Assembly (NCBI GenBank): GCA_964016885.1
Contig: OZ024740.1
Coordinates: forward strand, 12,834,001 to 12,898,000
Reading direction: 5' to 3'
Source: Eledone cirrhosa
Taxonomy: Eukaryota
Length of the DNA: 64,000 nucleotides
The notes beneath the pieces were generated by a model, which was given only the letters and a program-made list of their open reading frames with translations, had not been told where the DNA came from and ran no database searches. Shown here one piece after another: positions 25,600 through 38,150 of the stretch. Made by a program: the position numbers and the translations under genes. Numbering within the stretch: position 1 is the stretch's first letter; every line of letters begins with the position of its first letter.

Positions 25600-28500
25600 C
25601 TCTAGTCTAATGTCTCTAGTCTAATGTCTTGTCTCTAGTTTAATGTCTTGTCTCTAGTCTAATGTCTCTAGTCTAATGTCTCTAGTCTAATGTCTTGTCT
25701 CTAGTTTAATGTCTTGTCTCTAGTATAATGTCTCTAGTCTAATATGTTGTCTCTAGTCTAATGACTTGTCTCTAGCCTAATGTCTTGTCTCTAGTCTAAT
25801 ATCTTGTCTCTAGTCTAATGTCTTGTCTCTAGTCTAATGTCTTGACTCTAGTCTAATGTCTTGTCTCTAGTGTAATGTCTCTAGACTATCTAGTCTAATG
25901 TCTCTAGGCTAATGTCCTGTCTCTAGTCTAATGTCACTAGTCTAATGTTTTCTGTCTAGTCTAATGTCTCTAGTCTTGTGTCTAGTCTAATGTCTCTAGT
26001 CTTGTCTCTAGTCTAATATCTTGTCTCTAGTCTAATGTCTTGTCTCTAGTCTAATGTCTCTAGTCTAATGTCTTGTCTCTAGTCTAACGTCTTGTCTCTA
26101 GTCTATATCTCTAGTGTAATGTCTTGACTCTAGTCTAATGTCTTGTCTCTAGTCTAACGTCTTGTCTCTAGTCTAATGTCTCTAGTCTAATATCTTGTCT
26201 CTAGTCTAATGTCTCTAGTCTAATGTCTTGTCTCTAGTATAATGTCTCTAGTTTAATATGTTGTCTCTAGTCTAATGACTTGTCTCTAGCCTAATGTCTT
26301 GTCTCTAGTCTAATATCTTGTCTCTAGTCTAATGTTTTGTCTCTAGTCTAATGTCTTGACTCTAGTCTAATGTCTTGTCTCTAGTGTAATGTCTCTAGAC
26401 TATCTAGTCTAATGTCTCTAGGCTAATGTCCTGTCTCTAGTCTAATCTCACTAGTCTAATGTCTTGTGTCTAGTCTAATGTCTCTAGTCTAATGTCTTGA
26501 CTCTAGTTAAATATCTTATCTCTAGTCTAATGTCTCTAGTCTAATGTCTTGTCTCTAGTCTAATGTCTTGTCTCTAGTATAATGTCTTGTCTCTAGTATA
26601 ATGTCTCTAGTCTAATATCTTGTCTCTAGTCTAATGTCTTGTCTCTAGTTTAATATCTCTAGTCTAATGTCTTGTCTCTAGTCTAATGTCTCTAGTCTAA
26701 TGTCTTGTCTATAGTCTAATGTTTGTCTCTAGTCTAATATCTCTAGTCTAATGTCTCTCGTCTAATGTCTTGTCTCTAGTCTAACGTCTTGTCTCTAGTC
26801 TAATGTCTTGTTTCTAGTCTGATGTCTCTAGTCAAATGTCTCTAGTCTAATGTCTCTAGTCTAATGTCTTGTATCTAGTCTCATGTCTTGTCTCTAGTCT
26901 AATGTCTCTAGTCTAATGTCTTGTCTCTAGTCTAATGTCTCTAGTCTAATGTCTCTAGGCTAATGTCTTGTCTCTAGTCTAATGTCTCTAGTCTAATGTC
27001 TTGTCTCTAGTCTAATATCTTGTCTCTAGTCTAATGTCTTGTCTCTAGTCTAATGTCTCTAGTCTAATGTCTTCTCTCTAGTCTAATGTCTCTAGTCTAA
27101 TGTCTCTAGGCTAATGTCTTGTCTCTAGTCTAATGTCTCTAGGCTAATGTTTTGTCTCTAGTCTAATGTCTCTAGTCTAATGTCTTGTCTCTAGTCTAAT
27201 GTCTCTACTCTAATGTCTCTAGTCTAATGTCTTGTCTCTAGTCTAATGTCTTGTCTCTAGTCTAATGTCTCTAGTCTAATGTCTTGTCTCTAGTCTAATG
27301 TCTTGTCTCTAGTCTAATGTTTTTAGTCTAATGTCTCTAGTCTAATGTCTTGTCTCTAGTCTAATGTCTTGTCCCTCGTCTAATGTCTCTAGTCTAATGT
27401 CTTGTCTCTAGTCTAATATCTTGTCTCTAGTCTAATGTCTTGACTCTAGTCTAATGTCTCTAGTATAATGTCTTGTCTCTAGTCTAATGTCTTGTCTCTA
27501 GTCTAATGTCTCTAGTCTAATGTCTTGTCTCTAGTCTAATGTCTTGTCTCTAGTCTAATGTCTTGTCTCTAATCTAATGTCTCTAGTCTAATGTCTTGTC
27601 TCTAGTCTAATGTCTTGTCTCTAGTCTAATGTCTCTAGTCTAATGTCTTGTCTCTAGTATAATGTCTCTAGTCTAATATGTTGTCTCTAGTCTAATGACT
27701 TGTCTCTAGCCTAATGTCTTGTCTCTAGTCTAATATCTTGTCTCTAGTCTAATGTCTTGTCTCTAGTCTAATGTCTTGACTCTAGTCTAATGTCTTGTCT
27801 CTAGTCTAATATCTTGTCTCTAGTCTAATGTCTCTAGTCTAATGTCTTGTCTCTAGTCTAATGTCTCTAGTCTAATGTCTTGTCTCTAGTATAATGTCTT
27901 GTCTCTAGTCTAATGTCTCTAGTCTAATGTCTCTAGTCTAATGTCTTGTCTCTAGTCTAATGTCTTGTCCCTCGTCTAATGTCTCTAGTCTAATGTCTTG
28001 TCTCTAGTCTAATATCTTGTCTCTAGTCTAATGTCTTGACTCTAGTCTAATGTCTCTAGTCTAATGTCTTGTCTCTAGTCTAATGTCTTGTCTCTAGTCT
28101 AATGTCTCTAGTCTAATGCCTTGTCTCTAGTCTAATGTCTTGTCTCTAGTCTAATGTCTCTAGTCTAATGTCTTGTCTCTAGTCTAATGTCTTGTCTCTA
28201 GTCTAATGTCTTGTCTCTAGTCTAATGTCTCTAGTCTAATGTCTTGTCTCTAGTTTAATGTCTTGTCTCTAGTCTAATGTCTCTAGTCTAATGTCTCTAG
28301 TCTAATGTCTTGTCTCTAGTTTAATGTCTTGTCTCTAGTATAATGTCTCTAGTCTAATATGTTGTCTCTAGTCTAATGACTTGTCTCTAGCCTAATGTCT
28401 TGTCTCTAGTCTAATATCTTGTCTCTAGTCTAATGTCTTGTCTCTAGTCTAATGTCTTGACTCTAGTCTAATGTCTTGTCTCTAGTGTAATGTCTCTAGA

Positions 28501-31500
28501 CTATCTAGTCTAATGTCTCTAGGCTAATGTCCTGTCTCTAGTCTAATGTCACTAGTCTAATGTCTTCTGTCTAGTCTAATGTCTCTAGTCTTGTGTCTAG
28601 TCTAATGTCTCTAGTCTTGTCTCTAGTCTAATATCTTGTCTCTAGTCTAATGTCTTGTCTCTAGTCTAATGTCTCTAGTCTAATGTCTTGTCTCTAGTCT
28701 AACGTCTTGTCTCTAGTCTATATCTCTAGTGTAATGTCTTGACTCTAGTCTAATGTCTTGTCTCTAGTCTAACGTCTTGTCTCTAGTCTAATGTCTCTAG
28801 TCTAATATCTTGTCTCTAGTCTAATGTCTCTAGTCTAATGTCTTGTCTCTAGTATAATGTCTCTAGTTTAATATGTTGTCTCTAGTCTAATGACTTGTCT
28901 CTAGCCTAATGTCTTGTCTCTAGTCTAATATCTTGTCTCTAGTCTAATGTCTTGTCTCTAGTCTAATGTCTTGACTCTAGTCTAATGTCTTGTCTCTAGT
29001 GTAATGTCTCTAGACTATCTAGTCTAATGTCTCTAGGCTAATGTCCTGTCTCTAGTCTAATCTCACTAGTCTAATGTCTTGTGTCTAGTCTAATGTCTCT
29101 AGTCTAATGTCTTGACTCTAGTTAAATATCTTATCTCTAGTCTAATGTCTCTAGTCTAATGTCTTGTCTCTAGTCTAATGTCTTGTCTCTAGTCTAATGT
29201 CTCTAGTCTAATGTCTTGTCTCTAGTCTAATGTCTTATCTCTAGTCTAATGTCTCTAGTCTAATGTCTTGTCTCTAGTCTAATGTCTCTAGTCTAATGTC
29301 TTGTCTCTAGTCTAATATCTTGTCTCTAGTCTAATGTCTCTAGTCTAATGTCTTGTCTCTAGTCTAATGTCTCTAGTCTAATATGTTGTCTCTAGTCTAA
29401 TGACTTGTCTCTAGGCTAATGTTTGTCTCTAGTCTAATATCTTGTCTCTAGTCTAATGTCTCTAGTCTAATGTCTTGTCTCTAGTCTAATGTCTTGTCTC
29501 TAGTCTAATGTCTTGTCTCTAGTCTAATGTCTCTAGTCTAATGTCTTGTCTCTAGTTTAATGTCTTGTCTCTAGTCTAATGTCTCTAGTCTAATGTCTCT
29601 AGTCTAATGTCTTGTCTCTAGTTTAATGTCTTGTCTCTAGTATAATGTCTCTAGTCTAATATGTTGTCTCTAGTCTAATGACTTGTCTCTAGCCTAATGT
29701 CTTGTCTCTTGTCTAATATCTTGTCTCTAGTCTAATGTCTTGTCTCTAGTCTAATGTCTTGACTCTAGTCTAATGTCTTGTCTCTAGTGTAATGTCTCTA
29801 GACTATCTAGTCTAATGTCTCTAGGCTAATGTCCTGTCTCTAGTCTAATGTCACTAGTCTAATGTCTTCTGTCTAGTCTAATGTCTCTAGTCTTGTGTCT
29901 AGTCTAATGTCTCTAGTCTTGTCTCTAGTCTAATATCTTGTCTCTAGTCTAATGTCTTGTCTCTAGTCTAATGTCTCTAGTCTAATGTCTTGTCTCTAGT
30001 CTAACGTCTTGTCTCTAGTCTATATCTCTAGTGTAATGTCTTGACTCTAGTCTAATGTCTTGTCTCTAGTCTAACGTCTTGTCTCTAGTCTAATGTCTCT
30101 AGTCTAATATCTTGTCTCTAGTCTAATGTCTCTAGTCTAATGTCTTGTCTCTAGTATAATGTCTCTAGTTTAATATGTTGTCTCTAGTCTAATGACTTGT
30201 CTCTAGCCTAATGTCTTGTCTCTAGTCTAATATCTTGTCTCTAGTCTAATGTTTTGTCTCTAGTCTAATGTCTTGACTCTAGTCTAATGTCTTGTCTCTA
30301 GTGTAATGTCTCTAGACTATCTAGTCTAATGTCTCTAGGCTAATGTCCTGTCTCTAGTCTAATCTCACTAGTCTAATGTCTTGTGTCTAGTCTAATGTCT
30401 CTAGTCTAATGTCTTGACTCTAGTTAAATATCTTATCTCTAGTCTAATGTCTCTAGTCTAATGTCTTGTCTCTAGTCTAATGTCTTGTCTCTAGTATAAT
30501 GTCTTGTCTCTAGTATAATGTCTCTAGTCTAATATCTTGTCTCTAGTCTAATGTCTTGTCTCTAGTTTAATATCTCTAGTCTAATGTCTTGTCTCTAGTC
30601 TAATGTCTCTAGTCTAATGTCTTGTCTATAGTCTAATGTTTGTCTCTAGTCTAATATCTCTAGTCTAATGTCTCTCGTCTAATGTCTTGTCTCTAGTCTA
30701 ACGTCTTGTCTCTAGTCTAATGTCTTGTTTCTAGTCTGATGTCTCTAGTCAAATGTCTCTAGTCTAATGTCTCTAGTCTAATGTCTTGTATCTAGTCTCA
30801 TGTCTTGTCTCTAGTCTAATGTCTCTAGTCTAATGTCTTGTCTCTAGTCTAATGTCTCTAGTCTAATGTCTCTAGGCTAATGTCTTGTCTCTAGTCTAAT
30901 GTCTCTAGTCTAATGTCTTGTCTCTAGTCTAATATCTTGTCTCTAGTCTAATGTCTTGTCTCTAGTCTAATGTCTCTAGTCTAATGTCTTCTCTCTAGTC
31001 TAATGTCTCTAGTCTAATGTCTCTAGGCTAATGTCTTGTCTCTAGTCTAATGTCTCTAGGCTAATGTTTTGTCTCTAGTCTAATGTCTCTAGTCTAATGT
31101 CTTGTCTCTAGTCTAATGTCTCTACTCTAATGTCTCTAGTCTAATGTCTTGTCTCTAGTCTAATGTCTTGTCTCTAGTCTAATGTCTCTAGTCTAATGTC
31201 TTGTCTCTAGTCTAATGTCTTGTCTCTAGTCTAATGTTTTTAGTCTAATGTCTCTAGTCTAATGTCTTGTCTCTAGTCTAATGTCTTGTCCCTCGTCTAA
31301 TGTCTCTAGTCTAATGTCTTGTCTCTAGTCTAATATCTTGTCTCTAGTCTAATGTCTTGACTCTAGTCTAATGTCTCTAGTATAATGTCTTGTCTCTAGT
31401 CTAATGTCTTGTCTCTAGTCTAATGTCTCTAGTCTAATGTCTTGTCTCTAGTCTAATGTCTTGTCTCTAGTCTAATGTCTTGTCTCTAATCTAATGTCTC

Positions 31501-34150
31501 TAGTCTAATGTCTTGTCTCTAGTCTAATGTCTTGTCTCTAGTCTAATGTCTCTAGTCTAATGTCTTGTCTCTAGTATAATGTCTCTAGTCTAATATGTTG
31601 TCTCTAGTCTAATGACTTGTCTCTAGCCTAATGTCTTGTCTCTAGTCTAATATCTTGTCTCTAGTCTAATGTCTTGTCTCTAGTCTAATGTCTTGACTCT
31701 AGTCTAATGTCTTGTCTCTAGTCTAATATCTTGTCTCTAGTCTAATGTCTCTAGTCTAATGTCTTGTCTCTAGTCTAATGTCTCTAGTCTTATGTCTTGT
31801 CTCTAGTATAATGTCTTGTCTCTAGTCTAATGTCTCTAGTCTAATGTCTCTAGTCTAATGTCTTGTCTCTAGTCTAATGTCTTGTCCCTCGTCTAATGTC
31901 TCTAGTCTAATGTCTTGTCTCTAGTCTAATATCTTGTCTCTAGTCTAATGTCTTGACTCTAGTCTAATGTCTCTAGTCTAATGTCTTGTCTCTAGTCTAA
32001 TGTCTTGTCTCTAGTCTAATGTCTCTAGTCTAATGCCTTGTCTCTAGTCTAATGTCTTGTCTCTAGTCTAATGTCTCTAGTCTAATGTCTTGTCTCTAGT
32101 CTAATGTCTTGTCTCTAGTCTAATGTCTTGTCTCTAGTCTAATGTCTCTAGTCTAATGTCTTGTCTCTAGTTTAATGTCTTGTCTCTAGTCTAATGTCTC
32201 TAGTCTAATGTCTCTAGTCTAATGTCTTGTCTCTAGTTTAATGTCTTGTCTCTAGTATAATGTCTCTAGTCTAATATGTTGTCTCTAGTCTAATGACTTG
32301 TCTCTAGCCTAATGTCTTGTCTCTAGTCTAATATCTTGTCTCTAGTCTAATGTCTTGTCTCTAGTCTAATGTCTTGACTCTAGTCTAATGTCTTGTCTCT
32401 AGTGTAATGTCTCTAGACTATCTAGTCTAATGTCTCTAGGCTAATGTCCTGTCTCTAGTCTAATGTCACTAGTCTAATGTCTTCTGTCTAGTCTAATGTC
32501 TCTAGTCTTGTGTCTAGTCTAATGTCTCTAGTCTTGTCTCTAGTCTAATATCTTGTCTCTAGTCTAATGTCTTGTCTCTAGTCTAATGTCTCTAGTCTAA
32601 TGTCTTGTCTCTAGTCTAACGTCTTGTCTCTAGTCTATATCTCTAGTGTAATGTCTTGACTCTAGTCTAATGTCTTGTCTCTAGTCTAACGTCTTGTCTC
32701 TAGTCTAATGTCTCTAGTCTAATATCTTGTCTCTAGTCTAATGTCTCTAGTCTAATGTCTTGTCTCTAGTATAATGTCTCTAGTTTAATATGTTGTCTCT
32801 AGTCTAATGACTTGTCTCTAGCCTAATGTCTTGTCTCTAGTCTAATATCTTGTCTCTAGTCTAATGTCTTGTCTCTAGTCTAATGTCTTGACTCTAGTCT
32901 AATGTCTTGTCTCTAGTGTAATGTCTCTAGACTATCTAGTCTAATGTCTCTAGGCTAATGTCCTGTCTCTAGTCTAATCTCACTAGTCTAATGTCTTGTG
33001 TCTAGTCTAATGTCTCTAGTCTAATGTCTTGACTCTAGTTAAATATCTTATCTCTAGTCTAATGTCTCTAGTCTAATGTCTTGTCTCTAGTCTAATGTCT
33101 TGTCTCTAGTCTAATGTCTCTAGTCTAATGTCTTGTCTCTAGTCTAATGTCTTATCTCTAGTCTAATGTCTCTAGTCTAATGTCTTGTCTCTAGTCTAAT
33201 GTCTCTAGTCTAATGTCTTGTCTCTAGTCTAATATCTTGTCTCTAGTCTAATGTCTCTAGTCTAATGTCTTGTCTCTAGTCTAATGTCTCTAGTCTAATA
33301 TGTTGTCTCTAGTCTAATGACTTGTCTCTAGGCTAATGTTTGTCTCTAGTCTAATATCTTGTCTCTAGTCTAATGTCTCTAGTCTAATGTCTTGTCTCTA
33401 GTCTAATGTCTTGTCTCTAGTCTAATGTCTTGTCTCTAGTCTAATGTCTCTAGTCTAATGTCTTGTCTCTAGTTTAATCTCTTGTCTCTAGTCTAATGTC
33501 TCTAGTCTAATGTCTCTAGTCTAATGTCTTGTCTCTAGTTTAATGTCTTGTCTCTAGTATAATGTCTCTAGTCTAATATGTTGTCTCTAGTCTAATGACT
33601 TGTCTCTAGCCTAATGTCTTGTCTCTTGTCTAATATCTTGTCTCTAGTCTAATGTCTTGTCTCTAGTCTAATGTCTTGACTCTAGTCTAATGTCTTGTCT
33701 CTAGTGTAATGTCTCTAGACTATCTAGTCTAATGTCTCTAGGCTAATGTCCTGTCTCTAGTCTAATGTCACTAGTCTAATGTCTTCTGTCTAGTCTAATG
33801 TCTCTAGTCTTGTGTCTAGTCTAATGTCTCTAGTCTTGTCTCTAGTCTAATATCTTGTCTCTAGTCTAATGTCTTGTCTCTAGTCTAATGTCTCTAGTCT
33901 AATGTCTTGTCTCTAGTCTAACGTCTTGTCTCTAGTCTATATCTCTAGTGTAATGTCTTGACTCTAGTCTAATATCTTGTCTCTAGTCTAACGTCTTGTC
34001 TCTAGTCTAATGTCTCTAGTCTAATATCTTGTCTCTAGTCTAATGTCTCTAGTCTAATGTCTTGTCTCTAGTATAATGTCTCTAGTTTAATATGTTGTCT
34101 CTAGTCTAATGACTTGTCTCTAGCCTAATGTCTTGTCTCTAGTCTAATAT
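25600..34150 (+). repeat. 3917-bp tandem duplication (2615 + 1302 bp sub-blocks)
   Basis: Markers tctGatg 26821/30738, Gttttta 27319/31236, atGCCttg 28118/32035, and AGACTATC 25883/29800/33717 and 28498/32415 are all 3917 apart. Confidence 0.88.
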
Positions 34151-37100
34151 CTTGTCTCTAGTCTAATGTCTTGTCTCTAGTCTAATGTCTTGACTCTAGT
34201 CTAATGTCTTGTCTCTAGTGTAATGTCTCTAGACTATCTAGTCTAATGTCTCTAGGCTAATGTCCTGTCTCTAGTCTAATCTCACTAGTCTAATGTCTTG
34301 TGTCTAGTCTAATGTCTCTAGTCTAATGTCTTGACTCTAGTTAAATATCTTATCTCTAGTCTAATGTCTCTAGTCTAATGTCTTGTCTCTAGTCTAATGT
34401 CTTGTCTCTAGTCTAATGTCTCTAGTCTAATGTCTTGTCTCTAGTCTAATGTCTTATCTCTAGTCTAATGTCTCTAGTCTAATGTCTTGTCTCTAGTCTA
34501 ATGTCTCTAGTCTAATGTCTTGTCTCTAGTCTAATATCTTGTCTCTAGTCTAATGTCTCTAGTCTAATGTCTTGTCTCTAGTCTAATATCTTGTCTCTAG
34601 TCTAATGTCTCTAGTCTAATGTCTTGTCTCTAGTCTAATGTCTCTAGTCTAATATGTTGTCTCTAGTCTAATGACTTGTCTCTAGGCTAATGTTTGTCTC
34701 TAGTCTAATATCTTGTCTCTAGTCTAATGTCTCTAGTCTAATGTCTTGTCTCTAGTCTAATATCTTGTCTCTAGTCTAATGTCTCTAGTCTAATGTCTTG
34801 TCTCTAGTCTAATGTCTTGTCTCTACTCTAACGTCTTGTCTCTAGTCTAATGTCTCTAGTGTAATGTCTTGTCTCTAGTCTAATGTCTTGTCTCTAATCT
34901 AATGTCTTGTCTCTAGTCTAATGTCTCTAGTCTAATGTCTTGTCTCTAGTCTAATATCTTGTCTCTAGTCTAATGTCTTGTCTCTAGTCTAATGTCTCTA
35001 GTCTAATGTCTTGTTTCTAGTCTAATGTCTCTAGTCTAATGTCTTGTCTCTAGTCTAATATCTTGTCTCTAGTCTAATGTCTTGTCTCTAGTCTAATGTC
35101 TCTAGTCTAATGTCTTGTCTCTAGTCTAACGTCTTGTCTCTAGTCTATATCTCTAGTGTAATGTCTTGACTCTAGTCTAATGTCTTTTCTCTAGTCTAAC
35201 GTCTTGTCTCTAGTCTAATGTCTCTAGTCTAATATCTTGTCTCTAGTCTAATGTCTCTAGTCTAATATCTTGTCACTAGTCTAATGTCTCTAGTCTAATA
35301 TCTTGTCACTAGTCTAATGTCTGATCTCTAGTCTAATGTCTTGTATCTTGTCTAATGTCTTGTCTCTAGTCTAATGTCTTGTCTCTAGTCTAATGTCTTG
35401 TCTCTAGTCTTATATCTCTAGTCTAATGTCTTGTCTCTAGTCTAATGTCTTGTCTCTAGTCTAATGTCTCTAGTCTAATGTCTCTAGTCTAATATGTTGT
35501 CTCTAGTCTAATGACTTGTCTCTAGCCTAATGTCTTGTCTCTAGTCTAATATCTTGTCTCTAGTCTAATGTCTTGTCTCTAGTCTAATGTCTTGACTCTA
35601 GTCTAATGTCTTGTCTCTAGTGTAATGTCTCTAGACTATCTAGTCTAATGTCTCTAGGCTAATGTCCTGTCTCTAGTCTAATGTCACTAGTCTAATGTCT
35701 TGTGACTAGTCTAATGTCTCTAGTCTAATGTCTTGACTCTAGTTAAATATCTTGTCTCTAGTCTAATGTCTCTAGTCTAATATCTTGTCTCTAGTCTAAT
35801 GTCTTGTCTCTAGTCTAATGTCTCTAGTCTAATGTCTTGTCTCTAGTCTAATGTCTTGTCTCTAGTCTAATGTCTCTAGTCTAATGTCTTGTCTCTAGTC
35901 TAATGTCTTGTCTCTAGTATAATGTCTTGTCTCTAGTCTAATGTCTCTAGTCTAATGACTTGTCTCTACTCTAATGTCTTGTCCCTAGTCTAATGTCTGT
36001 AGTCTAATGTCTTGTCTCTAGTCTAATGTCTTGTCTCTAGTATAATGTCTTGTCTCTAGTCTAATGTCTCTAGTCTAATATCTTGTCTCTAGTCTAATGT
36101 CTCTAGTCTAATATCTTGTCACTAGTCTAATGTCTCTAGTCTAATATCTTGTCACTAGTCTAATGTCTGATCTCTAGTCTAATGTCTTGTATCTTGTCTA
36201 ATGTCTTGTCTCTAGTCTAATGTCTTGTCTCTAGTCTAATGTCTTGTCTCTAGTCTTATATCTCTAGTCTAATGTCTTGTCTCTAGTCTAATGTCTTGTC
36301 TCTAGTCTAATGTCTCTAGTCTAATGTCTCTAGTCTAATATGTTGTCTCTAGTCTAATGACTTGTCTCTAGCCTAATGTCTTGTCTCTAATCTAATATCT
36401 TGTCTCTAGTCTAATGTCTTGTCTCTAGTCTAATGTCTTGACTCTAGTCTAATGTCTTGTCTCTAGTGTAATGTCTCTAGACTATCTAGTCTAATGTCTC
36501 TAGGCTAATGTCCTGTCTCTAGTCTAATGTCACTAGTCTAATGTCTTGTGACTAGTCTAATGTCTCTAGTCTAATGTCTTGACTCTAGTTAAATATCTTG
36601 TCTCTAGTCTAACGTCTCTAGTCTAATGTCTTGTCTCTAGTCTAATGTCTTGTCTCTAGTCTAATGTCTTGTCTCTAGTCTAATGTCTTGTCTCTAGTCT
36701 AATGTCTTGTCTCTAGTCTAATGTCTTTAGTCTAATGTCTTGTCTCTAGTCTAATGTCTTGTCTCTAGTATAATGTCTTGTCTCTAGTCTAATGTCTCTA
36801 GTCTAATGACTTGTCTCTACTCTAATGTCTTGTCCCTAGTCTAATGTCTGTAGTCTAATGTCTTGTCTCTAGTCTAATGTCTTGTCCCTAGTATAATGTC
36901 TTGTCTCTAGTATAATGTCTCTAGTCTAATATCTTGTCTCTAGTCTAATGTCTTGTCTCTAGTTTAATATCTCTAGTCTAATGTCTTGTCTCTAGTCTAA
37001 TGTCTCTAGTCTAATGTCTTGTCTATAGTCTAATGTTTGTCTCTAGTCTAATATCTCTAGTCTAATGTCTCTCGTCTAATGTCTTGTCTCTAGTCTAACG

Positions 37101-38150
37101 TCTTGTCTCTAGTCTAATGTCTCTAGTCTAATGTCTTGTTTCTAGTCTAATGTCTCTAGTCAAATGTCTCTAGTCTAATGTCTCTAGTCTAATGTCTTGT
37201 ATCTAGTCTCATGTCTTGTCTCTAGTCTAATGTCTCTAGTCTAATGTCTTGTCTCTAGTCTAATGTCTCTAGTCTAATGTCTCTAGGCTAATGTCTTGTC
37301 TCTAGTCTAATGTCTCTAGTCTAATGTCTTGTCTCTAGTCTAATATCTTGTCTCTAGTCTAATGTCTTGTCTCTAGTCTAATGTCTCTAGTCTAATGTCT
37401 TCTCTCTAGTCTAATGTCTCTAGTCTAATGTCTCTAGGCTAATGTCTTGTCTCTAGTCTAATGTCTCTAGGCTAATGTTTTGTCTCTAGTCTAATGTCTC
37501 TAGTCTAATGTCTTGTCTCTAGTCTAATGTCTCTACTCTAATGTCTCTAGTCTAATGTCTTGTCTCTAGTCTAATGTCTTGTCTCTAGTCTAATGTCTCT
37601 AGTCTAATGTCTTGTCTCTAGTCTAATGTCTTGTCTCTAGTCTAATGTTTTTAATCTAATGTCTCTAGTCTAATGTCTTGTCTCTAGTCTAATGTCTTGT
37701 CCCTCGTCTAATGTCTCTAGTCTAATGTCTTGTCTCTAGTCTAATATCTTGTCTCTAGTCTAATGTCTTGACTCTAGTCTAATGTCTCTAGTCTAATGTC
37801 TTGTCTCTAGTCTAATGTCTTGTCTCTAGTCTAATGTCTTGTCTCTAGTCTAATGTCTCTAGTCTAATGTCTTGTCTCTAGTCTAATGTCTTGTCTCTAG
37901 TCTAATGTCTTGTCTCTAATCTAATGTCTCTAGTCTAATGTCTTGTCTCTAGTCTAATGTCTTGTCTCTAGTCTAATGTCTCTAGTCTAATGTCTTGTCT
38001 CTAGTATAATGTCTCTAGTCTAATATGTTGTCTCTAGTCTAATGACTTGTCTCTAGCCTAATGTCTTGTCTCTAGTCTAATATCTTGTCTCTAGTCTAAT
38101 GTCTTGTCTCTAGTCTAATGTCTTGACTCTAGTCTAATGTCTTGTCTCTA
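33800..38150 (+). repeat. ~4.3-kb copy of block ~18380-22700 (offset 15.42-15.45 kb)
   Basis: Markers tagtcttGtgtc 18391/33812, GGCTAATGTTTG 19264/34685 and GTCTTTTCTC 19761/35182 have offset 15421. AACGTCTCTA 21171/36611 has offset 15440, and Gttttta 22202/37647 has offset 15445. Confidence 0.85.
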
